A DNA stretch of 64,000 nucleotides, taken from Mobula hypostoma. Lineage: Eukaryota. A program made the position numbers and the translations under genes. Of the stretch, positions 11,975 through 23,466 are shown piece after piece; the first letter of the stretch is position 1, and each line of letters begins with the position of its first letter. The notes beneath the pieces were generated by a model, which saw nothing but the letters and a program-made list of their open reading frames with translations, ran no database searches and was not told where the DNA came from. The stretch covers positions 103,914,001 through 103,978,000 of the forward strand of contig NC_086097.1 of assembly GCF_963921235.1 (NCBI RefSeq). The letters run 5' to 3'.

Positions 11975-13057
11975 GTAAAACCATAAGACAATGGAGTAGA
12001 ATTAGGCCATTTGGCCCATCGAGTTTGCTCCACCATCGAGTCTGGTTGATTTATAACACTGGACGACAAAGATTTTGCTTCCTGAATACTTTTGGGTGTA
12101 TCTTATGGATTTTGGGCTGCTGATCCTGAAAATCGCCATGAAATTTCTGTATTATGCACCATTCTTTTGAAATTGCCTGTTTTTCAATTCATAATTCAAG
12201 TCAGAGTAACTGGTGCCAAGATTAAGGAAGGCACTTTTGTTGGTCCACAAATCAAACAGGCCATCAATGACAGGTAATTCAACGAATTTCTGGTGGGACC
12301 AGAGAAAATCACATGTTGTTGAAAACTTTCTTGGCAACTACAGAACACCAAACTACATTCAGCTGGCTGACATGTCTCAAGCACATGAAACTGTATATTG
12401 CAACATGTCACTGAAGATTCACTTTCTGCATTCCCATTTAGACTTCTTCCCTGCAAATCTTGGCGCTGTCAGTGACCAGCATGGTGAAAGGTTTCACCAG
12501 GACATTGCAGTCATGGAGAAATGGTATCAGGGCAACTGGAATCCATCAACGCTGGCTGATTATTGTTGGATACTTAAGCGAGAAGTCTCAGACATTGAGT
12601 ACAAATAAAAACCATCAACAAAAATATTTTATCTTTGTTGAACTATTGACAAGTGTCAGCAGTGTTGTGTAATTAAATGCATTAAATTCAATAAAAGTTA
12701 ATTTCCTGTTACTCCAAATTCCTACATGATACAAGTAGTCTGAAATTTTATTTGTGTTCAGCTTCAAGCAGTCTATCATAACCAAAAAGAAATTCTGAGG
12801 AAGCAACACTTATGAAAAAATCTTCTCATCTGTTCTAAAGGGATGTCCTTGTATTCAGAGGCTGTGCCTTCTAGTCCTAGACTCCCCAATATAGGAAACA
12901 TCTTCTCCTTTCTCATTCTGTCTAAGCCTTTCAATATTTGATACATTTCAATGAGATTCCCTCCCCCTCTCAATTTTTCCAAGCTCAAGCAAGTACAGGC
13001 CTAGAGCCTTCAAAAGCTCCTCATGTGTTAACTCTTTTATTCCCAGGATTGTTCTTG
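11975..13057 (-). mobile_element. CR1 3' fragment, interrupted at 12057-12820 and resuming at 30042-30082
   Basis: CR1 tail on the minus strand; C-terminus LEKLRGGGNLIEMYQILKGLDRM. Confidence 0.75.
12057..12820 (+). mobile_element. Internally deleted DNA transposon, probably CMC/Chapaev3-type
   Basis: Starts CACTGGACGACAAA; transposase C-terminus KIKEGTFVGPQIK...MSLKIHFLHSHLDFFPANLGAVSDQHGERFHQDI; right TIR missing; superfamily assigned from motif memory. Confidence 0.65.
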
Positions 13058-15236
13058 TGTCAGAAAATGTGGAGAGGGTTTGTCCCAAATTCAGAGCAGT
13101 GGACACAATTCAGCAGTGAATGATAACTTTGATAATAAACCGCAAAATAACAACTGATGAGGGGCCATGAGAGACTACAGATATTAAATACAACAGGTAA
13201 CGAGGTAACTGAAGGCTCGGGGTAACTGGTTGAGGCTGGCTGCTTCGATGGGTGAACAGGGACAGCGGATGAGAGCTAGGTTTAAGTATGCTGCAGGTGA
13301 TGAGCCAGGTTACTCCTGTTAGCTGGGTGAAGACTGGGAGATGCCTGCCTGTGCAGGCCTGACAGGACCTCTCTCCTATGGCCAGCATCTGACAGCCCAG
13401 GATGATCTGGGTGGGTCTGGTGGAACTCTTCGATGAGCAATGGATTGAAGATTAAATTGGACCCAGTCGGCCAGGTAACGCACACCCCATCCACAACGAT
13501 GTCAAACCATCAACCAGTGGACTATGTACACTGGAACACCTCCACCATTCTAGGTGTAGACTGAGTGGCCCATCAATAACAGGCTTGAGCCAGGACATGA
13601 GGAAAGTAAATGTGATCCCAAGGGACGGTGGTAGCTGGAGACAGATAGTGACTGGATTGCTGCAATGGGTAATCTTGAAGGGACCAATGAACCTGGATGA
13701 GAGCTTGCAGGAGTCAGCGCGCAGCCAAATTTCGAGTGGACAACCAGACATGGTCTCCAAGCCGGAGTAGTCTGCCTGGGTGCCAAAGGATGCCTGGCAG
13801 CGGTAGATGTGGTTGGCAGCTAGGATGACCCTCCATACCCTCTTCCAAGCATTCTGGCAGCAACAAACCAGTGCCCTGGAGGACGGAACCTCCACTGTTG
13901 ACTCCTCTGCGGGGAACTGGGGGGGGACGGGATAAAATGACGAACTTCAAAAGGTGACATACCTGTAGCAAAGGTATGTGTGGATTCTGGGACGGTTCAT
14001 TCCAGAACCAATACTTTTTCCTGTACAAAAGATGCAGTTTGCACCTGAACTGGAAGGGGACTAACATCCCAGTGGGAAGGTTTGTTAATGCTGCATGGTG
14101 GGGTTTAAACTAGAGTTGTAGGGTGATGGGAACCAGAATGTCAGAACAGTCCATGGAGAGGTTGGTAAGCCCTCCAAGTCAGGAATCAAAGGCTGCAACT
14201 AGTGTCCTGAGCTGAATATATTTCAAAGCAGGAAGTATCCTAGGAAAGGCGGATGAGCTCAGGGCATGGCTAACACCTAGAATTACAATATTGTAGCCAT
14301 TAGTGAGACTCAATTGCAGGGGGCGCAGGACTGGCAGCTCAATATTCCGGGGTTCTGTTGTTTTAGACCTGACAGAGCGGAAGGGGTTAAATGGGGAGCG
14401 GTGGTGTTACTATCAGGGAAAATTGTACAGCAGTGCTCAGTCAGGACAAACCAGAGAACTCATCTAGTGAGGCTTTCTGGGTGAAACGGAGGAATAAGAA
14501 AGATAGGACCACGTTAAAGGGGTTACATTAAAGACCACCCAACAGTCTGTGGCACTTAAAGGAACAAATCTGTAGAAAGATCACAGACTGTTTCAAAAAA
14601 CATAAGGTTATTATAGTAGGTGATTTCAACTTTCCACATACCAACTGGGGGACCCTGTAAAAGGACGAGATGGGATAAAGTTTGTTAGATGTGTTCAGGA
14701 CAGTTTCCTTAATCAGTACGTAGAAGTTCCAACGAGAGAGTGTGTGATACTTGATCTACTATTAGGGGATGAGACAGAGCAGGTGACAAGAGTTTGTGCA
14801 GGGGACACTTTGCATCCAGTGATCACAATGCCATTATTTTCAAAGTAACTATGCAAAAAGATAGGTCTGGTCTGTGGGTTGGATTCTAAATTAGAGAAAG
14901 GCCAAAAGTGTGGATTGGGACAGGCTGTTTTCTGGCAAAGGTGTACTTGGTAAGTGGGAGGCCTTCAAAAGTGAACTATGAGAGTACAAAGCCTGTGCGT
15001 GCCTGTCAGAATAAAATGTAAAGATAACAGGTGTAGGGTACCTTGGTTGTCAAGAGATATTTAGGACATGGTTAAGAGGAAAAGGAGGTACATAGCAGGT
15101 AAAGGCAGGTAGGAACAAATGAGGTTATTTTTGGAGTATAAGAATACAAGAGGACACTGAAGAAAGAAATCGGGGGGGGGCGCTAAAAGAAATTATGAAG
15201 ATGCTTCAGCAGACAAGGTGAAGGAGAATCCTAAGG

Positions 15237-17487
15237 TAGTGGTCTCCAACCACCGGGCCGCGGACTGGTACCGGGCTGCAAAGCATGTGCTACCGGGCCA
15301 CGAGGAAATGATATGATTCGGCGATATGAAACGATAAGAGTCAGCTGCATCTTTCCTCATTCATTTTCATGCCCACTGTTGAACTTGAACACATGTGAGG
15401 TCATTACCCACGCGAGGTCATCAGTCGGTCATTAACCTACAACTACTTGATGATTAAAAAAACAAACGTCGCTTGAGAGTTTCTTTGGAAGAGATGGTAG
15501 GGGACATAAAAGGCCTAACGATGATGATAACGCAGAGACAGCTGAGGCCGAGACTGCAAAAAAAAAGACAGCTTCCTTCAACAGAAAATATGACAAGTCG
15601 TACATAAAATATGGCTTTATTGTGACCGGTGACTCTCACGCTCCAAGCCCCCTGTGTGTGATATGTGGAGACAAGCTGTCTAATGAGGCAATGAAGCCCT
15701 CAAAACTGCTTCAGTACCTTGAGTCCAAGCACCCTGCACTTAAAGACAAACCTGTTTTTTGAGCGGAAAAAACGTGAGCAAGCGGGACAGAAGCAAGTGC
15801 TGAGAGACACCACCTCCACAAATGCTGCTGCTCTGAGAGCATCGTACTTAGTGACTGGCCGTATTGCTAAGGCTAAGAAGCCTTTCGCTGTTTGTGAAGA
15901 ATTGATTCTGCCTTTCAAAACCAAACTGCTTTCAAAGCCAAACTGGAACTGTGGGGACGGCGAGTGGACAGGGACATATTTGACATGTTCCCAACATTAG
16001 CTGGGATGTTGGGAGAGACTGAGGCTGCACTGTCCTTTTCACAGTTGGTGCTCGATCACCTATCTTCACTCTCGACAGAATTCGAGCATTACTTCCCAAC
16101 CGCAAATGACCCAAAACTTGCAAAGGAATAGGTCCGTGACCTATTTGTGAATGTCCCCGGTGAATCATCCATGTTAGCGAGGGAAGAAGATCAACTCCTC
16201 GAGCTTGCAAATGACGGCGGGCTGAAAAGTATGTTTGACATAACATCTCTGCCGGCATTCTGGATCAAAGTCAATGCTGAATATCCTGAGATAGCCACGA
16301 AAGCACTGAAAACGCTGCTTCCATTTTCAACATCATATCTCTGCGAAGCAGGGTTTTTTCTGCAATGAATGCAATGAAAAGTAAATTGCAGAATAGACTG
16401 GACATAAGGAACCCCTTTCGAGTATCGCTGTCTCCTATCACCCTTTGATGGGACCATCTTGTCGCAGGGAAACAAGCCCAGGGCTCCCACTGATTCAGCA
16501 ATAATGGTGTGTTGCAATGATTTTATATGTTCATACGAGGAAAATATGCACTGTGTGTTTAATATCCAAACGTTACTTAAAATGTTATGATGCTATTGAC
16601 TTATAATTGACTTATCACTACATTCATGCGAGGAAAATATGCGCTGTTTAATATTAAATTCGTTAGATAAACCCTTTTAGAAACAAAATTGAGTGTATTA
16701 GCCACTTATAAGTGACTTATAGTTGACTTATCACCTATATTCCGGTCGTGATTAACACCCCCCCCACCCCGCCGGTCGGCCGGTCCGTGATGTAAAAATC
16801 CTCCCGGGAGGGGGAGAAGATGGCGGTGCAATGACAGCACGCGTGGCCACTTCGGTGATGAATATCTGTTATTTGTCAAGCAGGGGACCATGCACAATCC
16901 TGATTTGATGGAGACAGACATGAGAGCACAGCAGAACATCTGGAAGACTTCTGAAATGTCTGCTTTGCTACCGCTGCTGCTGTGTGGTAACCGGAATCTC
17001 TAGAGCTGAAGGCCTCGAAATCCTCGGCTTTGCGTGTTTCAGTGGCCGGGGAGAGGTCGAAGGCATTCGGGAGGCTGTATCAGAGAGGCTGCTCGGGAGC
17101 TCGGAGTTTTCGGACAGATGGACTCAGGATCGGCTGGGGTCGGCTGCTTCCAAGGTATCGGCAAGTTGATGGTGCCTGGAGGTTTATGGCAGGGAGTTTC
17201 TCCCTTTTGCCGCCTGCTATCGAGGACTCGGGAGTCGATCAACTTGGGACTTTGAGACTTTTTTTTACTGTGCCTATATCTGTTCTTTATCAAATTATGG
17301 TATTGCTTTGCACTGCTGTAACTATATGTTATAATTATGTGGCTTTGTCGTTGTTAGTCTTTGGTCTGTCTTGTTTTCTGTGATATCACTCCAGAGAAAC
17401 ATTGTATCATTTCTTAATGCATGTATGCATTTCTAAATGACAATAGAAGACCTGAAAAAACCTGAAAAAAAAGGTTGGGGACCCCTG
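15237..17487 (+). mobile_element. hAT-Charlie/Buster DNA transposon, internally deleted
   Basis: TIRs tagtggtctccaacc / ggttggggacccctg; 8-bp TSD tcctaagg (15229-15236, 17488-17495); BED finger (PLCVICGDKLSNEAMKPSKL) joined near 15912 to the C-terminal dimerisation domain (LLPFSTSYLCEAGF...KQAQGSH*). Confidence 0.92.
16799..17468 (+). mobile_element. Non-coding SINE-like retroposon inserted beside the Charlie right TIR
   Basis: Interrupts ggtccgtgatgtaaaaa|aaaaggttgggg; GC-rich head with AAGATGGCGG; AT-rich tail ending aatgacaatag..(cctgaaaaaa)x2. Confidence 0.6.
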
Positions 17488-18337
17488 TCCTAAGGGATTC
17501 TACAGATATATTGAGAGCAAAAGGATTGAAAGGACAAACTTGGTCCTCTGGAAGATCAGAATGGTAATTTATGCATGGAGCTAAAACACATGGGAGAGAT
17601 CTTAAATACTTGTTTTGCATCTGTATTTGCTCAGGACATGGACATAGAGTCCATAGAAGTGAGGCTAGGCAGCAACAACTTCATGGACCCTTTACAGATT
17701 ACGGAGGAGGAGGTGTTTGCCATATTGAGAAAAGTCAGGGCAGATAAATCCCCAGGGGCTGACAAGGTGTTCCCTCAGACTCTCCGGGAGGAAAGTTCAC
17801 AAATTGCCGAGGTCCTAGCAGAGATACTTCGTGACAGGAGAGGTACCAGAGGATTGGAGTCAGTGTTGTTCTGCTGTTTAAGAAAGGCTCTAAACGTAAA
17901 CTAAGAAATTACAGGCCGGTGAGCGTGACATCAGTAGTGGGAAAGTTATTGGAAGGTATTTAAAGGGACTGGATATGAGTATTTGGATACACATAGACTA
18001 ATTAAAGAAAGTCAGCATGGCTTTCTATGTAGTAAGATAGATAAATAGATAGGTAGATAGATAGATATACTTTATTGATCCCGAGGGAAATTGGGTTTTG
18101 TTACAGCGGCACCAACCAAGAATAGAGCATAAATATAGCAATACAAAAACCACAAACAATCAAACAACAAAATGCAAACTATGCCAGATGGAAAATAAGT
18201 CCGGGCGACTTCCTGGTCATCAAGGGATTGGCGGCGTAAGGAAAAGATCTCTTGGCCAAAAAGAAGGTAAACTGCCCCAAAATAGAATTTGGACGAATAC
18301 TTAATATTGTATAAATATATTAATAAAAGGGGCAAGG

Positions 18338-19323
18338 ATGATGTCTAAGAAGAAGATTAAAAAGTCTGCTCCGAAGGCTGATAAACATAAAGAGACGCAG
18401 CAAGGCAAAGGGCCTAGCTCCCCCACGGCAAGCCAGGACGGAGATAATGAGGGGAAATCGGTGACTCTGTCTTTGATTCTCGGAGAGATTCGCGAGTTCC
18501 GACAAGATAACAGCAAACAGCTGGAGGATATTAAAGGAGAAATAGTAAAAACTAACTCGAGGATAGATGAAGCCGAAGCGAGGATTGTTGGAATTGAAGA
18601 GAAGCTACAAAACGCCGAGGAAGTGATAGCAGAAATGCTAAAGCTACAAGAGCAGCTCCAGTGGAAACTAATAGATCAAGGAGGCCGCTCAAGAAGGGAA
18701 AATGTGAGGCTCTACGGAGTTCCCGAAGGAACTGAAGGTAAACCCGGATTGATGATTCCCTTCGTGGAGAAGCTGCTTAGAGAGAACCTTGATATACCGG
18801 CCGCAAAAGACCTACAGATAGAAAGGGCTCACCGTGCGTTGGCACCACAGCCTCCGGCAGGCGCCCAGCCCAGATCAATTCTGGTCAGATTTCTCAGTTA
18901 CAGAACGAAGGAAGAGGTGCTTAAATGGGCATGGCAAAAGAAAGTTTTCATGTGGAGCAACTGTAAAATCAGTTTAGACCACGATTACGCACCGGGGATT
19001 CTTGTCAGACGGAAGGAATATGCAGAAACACGGAGGGTCCTGAAGAAAACAACATCAGATTTCAGACCCTGTATCCAGCTCGGCTGAAAGTCTTTTACGA
19101 TGAAGGGACAAAAACTTACGCTACGGTGGAGGAGGCAACGTTGGACCTGGCGGACCGGGGACTACCTATTAAAGTTATCACCCAACCGGAGTCGCTACTG
19201 GAGAGGATTCGGCAGAAGTCGTGGCAGTTAGTGGGGCGAGAACGCTCCACACGAACCAGAGTGTCAAACTACAAGGAAAAGCTGCAAATAGTCAGACGCG
19301 AATGTACAGAGAATACAGACTAA
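18338..19323 (+). pseudogene. L1 ORF1p (coiled coil, RRM, CTD), frameshift near 19050
   Basis: RSRRENVRLYGVPEG, IERAHR, PRSILVRF, RRKEY motifs. Confidence 0.9.
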
Positions 19324-19677
19324 ATAACAGAAATGACTGAAAAGAGCAATTCGGACTTAAAGGTAAAATGAAAGCTGGTATCTGAAAATAAACTAGACGG
19401 AATAACTTGAATGATAGCAATATGGTCGAGACATAAATAGGAGAAAATTCTCTATGATTATTCAAACTGCGGAGGGCCCTCTAACACAGGGTGAAGATAG
19501 AGGTTATCCCTCTGAACTGAGGTGGGTCGGTGCTCACGTCTCCCTGTGGGAAGTCGGGAAAAATTTTCAAATGTTATACGTTCAAAAATGTCCAGGTTAT
19601 ATGTTTTGGTTTACTGTGGAGAAGGGATTGCTTACTGTTTGGTTAGAAAAGGAGAGTTTTTTTTCTACTAGAGAAAA

Positions 19678-22600
19678 ATGCAAATTGAATTGGTAAAAAT
19701 AATTTCCTATAATGTTAATGGGGTTTTGAATCCAATTAAAAGAAATAAGATTATGTCTAAATTGAAAAAAGAGAGGGCACAAATAGCTTTCCTCCAGGAA
19801 ACACATATGAGCCAATCTGAACATGGAAAATTAAAAAGAATGGGCTTTAAGCATGTATTTTATTCATCATATAAATTGAGCCACAAAAGAGGGGTAGCTA
19901 CTTTAATATCAAGTACTCTTAATTATGAACATATTTCAGAGACTAAAGACAAAGATGGAAGATTTGTAAAAATTACAGGAAGAATAGAAGGTACAGAAAT
20001 AACATTGCTGAATGTTTATGCTCCTCCAGGTAGTGAATGGTCATTTTATAGACACATTTTTGACCTAATGGTCAGTTCTCAAGGGGTAGTAATTTGTGGA
20101 GGGGACTTTAATATTAGATTAAATCCTATATTAGATTCTTCAAGAACAGTTACTCAGAATAAACCTCTGACTCGGAAAATAAATTTATTGATGGAGGAGT
20201 TGGGAATTATAGATGTGTGGAGGGAATTATACCCCACTAGTAAAGATTATACACATCACTCTTTCCCTCATTCAGCCTATTCAAGGATAGACTATTTCTT
20301 TATCTTTAATACAGATAGACTCAGGATAAAAAACTGTAATATTGCAACAATTGATCTGTCAGATCATAGCCCAGTCTCTATGTCTCTAATCCTGGAAAGG
20401 AAAGTGAGGAAAACACTATGGAGGCTAAACTCAGATATACTCAATAACCCGAAAGTAATGGAGAGATTAAGGGGAGAAATCAAAGAATACCTAGACCTTA
20501 ATGACACGGGAGAAACATCACCAGTGACCTTATGGGATACATTGAAAGCTGTACTGAGAGGGAAAATGATTTCCATTACCACTCACATGAAAAAAATCAA
20601 TGCACAAAAATTAGCAGACCTTCAAGGAAAATTAAAACAACTTCAAGTTGTAGATAGCAACAAAAGTAATTCAAATTTAAAACAGGAAATTAGGAAATTG
20701 CAAAGTGAAATTGACAATATTTATAGGTTGGAAACTCAAAGAAATTTTCTTTACCTGAGACAAAAGAATTATGAAGTAGGAGGTAAATCAGCTAGATTAT
20801 TAGCATATAAATTATGAAAACAACAAGCAGACAATACAATTCATAAAATAAAGAATCCAAAGACAAAGCTTGTGGAGAGTACAATAGGGAAAATTCAAGA
20901 GAGTTTTGAAACATATTATCGAGAGCTGTACTCCCAACCCCGGGCCTCCAATGAACCCTATATAGACAGTTTATTGAATTCTTTAGATCTACCTAAACTT
21001 ACAGATTCACAAAATGAAAGTTTATTAGAACCAGTAACTGCCAAAGAACTGAACGTGGCCATCTCTAGGTTAAAGGCTGGAAAGTCCCCAGGTTCAGATG
21101 GGTTTACCTCAGAGTGGTACAAATCCCTGAAGTCACAGTTAGCCCCATTACTACTTAACACCTTTAATTGAATCTTGCAGAGAAGAGAAACTCCACCTTC
21201 CTGGAGAGAAGCGATTATTTCAGTTATTCCTAAAGAAGGTGAAGATAAACTAGAATGTGGCAATTATCGGCCAATTAGTGTTCTTAATTTAGATTACAAA
21301 CTATTTACATCTATATTAGCGTGCAGATTGGAAAAGCTCTTACCTGGCCTAATCCATTTAGACCAGACTGGATTTATTCAACAAAGACGAACACAGGACA
21401 ACATAAGGAGAACTCTACACATATTAGAACAGGTTAATAAGAACGAGACAGAGACGATGGTAGTAGGATTAGACGCTGAGAAAGCTTTTGATTCAGTTAG
21501 TTGGGTATTCCTATACAGAGTGTTAGGAAGATTCGGCTTTCAAGAAAAGTTTATTAAAGTAATTCAGACTCTATATGACAGCCCTACAGCTCGAATTAAG
21601 ATAAATGGGGACCTCTCTGACTCCTTTATTTTAGAGAGAGGCACTAGACAGGGATGCCCAATTTCTCCTCTCCTTTTCGCGCTGTATATTGAACCGCTTG
21701 CCCAACTAATAAGACAGAGCGAAATCGTAAAAGGTATCAAGGTGGCAGGGATTGAACAGAAAGTGGCGTTATTCGCAGATGATGTTTTAGTCTATCTCAG
21801 TGAACCAGAAAAATCATTTATAGGATTGTTTACGCTGTTGGATGACTTTGGGAAAATATCAGGTTATAAAATAAATGTAAAGAAAACGCAGGTTATGTCC
21901 CTAAATTATACACCATCCAAAAAATTGCAGGATACATATGATCTTAAGTGGGAAGCTAGATCATTAAAATATTTAGGAATAACCCTGCCGAAGGATCTTT
22001 CAATGCTGTCACAGGTAAATTATGGGCCATTAATCTCAGAGATAAAAGCAGATATGCATAGATAGAATCTTATCCCCTTTTTTAAGTTTAAATTCAAGGA
22101 TAAATACTATAAAAATGAATATTCTTCCTCGGTTACTGTACCTTTTCCATACTTTACCTGTGGAGGTGGATGATAATCAATTCAGGGAATAGGACAAATG
22201 GATTTCCTGCTTCATTTGGCAAGGAAAGAAACCTAGAATTCAATATAACACCTTACAGTTAGGGAAGGAAGGAGGAGGTATGGGTCTTCCTTGTTTGAGA
22301 AATTATTTTTATGCTTCACAGATAACCCCTCTGTTATATTGGTGTAATAGGGAATATAAGGCTAGATGGAAGGAAATAGAATTTGAATTGGTTGACAGTT
22401 TTCCTCTACAGGCCTCAATAGCAGACAAAGGATTGATGGCCCAATTGGAAAAATTTAAAAACAGTTGGATAAATCTTACATTAGAAGTATGGCAGAAGGT
22501 GGTTAATTCATGTGGAATTAATAACATGTTAAAACTCTTCAGATAGTGTGCATATGATACCGAATTCCTTCCCAACAGAGGAGATAAAAGATTTGAACTA

Positions 22601-23466
22601 TGGATAAAGAAAGGTCTTACAACCTACCTCTCATTTATAGATGAAAGAGTATTACAAAGTTTCCAAATCCTGCAGGACAAACATGGCCTAGAACACAATG
22701 ACTTTTTTAGGTACCTTCAAGTACGAAATTATGTTAACCAGAGTTGTAGATATACAGACCTATCAACAGTAGAATTAGAATTTTTCAAGATTCTGAATTC
22801 GGCTTGCAGTTCAATACCTAGTAAATCAGTTTCTCGATTATATAATGCACTCTCCCATGCTAAAAATGTAAACACATTGTATATTAAAGAGAAGTGGGAG
22901 AAAGGAGCGGGGTGGTACTTTCAGAGGAGGCTTGGGGGAAAATATGCAGCTTTCTGTGGTCTTCGACTAATTCTTTGACTTGGAGAGAACATTGTTGGAA
23001 AAATATTATAAGATACTTTAAGACCCCATATCAGGAAAAATATAAAGATACAAACGTGACGTGTTGGAGAAAGTGCGGCTCCAAGGAGGCAAATCATTTC
23101 CATATTTTCTGGGATTGTCCTAAATTAAGTCTATATTGGGAAGGTATTCATAGAACATTAGTTAAGGTATTTAGGACCCAGATACCTTTGAACTTTGAGA
23201 CGCTCTATTTGGGGCATGTATTGTTTCTTGAACAGAAGGAAGACATAAAGTTGCTGCAGGTCCTATTAGCGGTAAGTAAGAAATCAATCACTAGAAAGTG
23301 GCTAAATCCAATACCACCTACATTAGAAGATTGGCACAAAATTATCTTGGAAATATTTAAAATGGAAAAGTTGACTTACTCCCTGAGAATTCAAAAAGAA
23401 AAATTTTATCAAATCTGGAATAAATGGATTGAATATATATCCCCAATGCGAGCAGACTTTAGATGA
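19678..23466 (+). pseudogene. L1 ORF2p (APE endonuclease, RT, Cys-rich domain) with several stops
   Basis: SYNVNG, LQETH, GGDFN, SRIDY, SDH; RT GTRQGCPISP, LFADD; CWRKCGSKEANHFHIFWDC. Confidence 0.95.

Noticed and set aside
15540..16493. Domesticated ZBED5/SCAND3-like host gene
   Set aside because: Enclosed by TIRs and an 8-bp TSD, frameshifted and missing the catalytic core.
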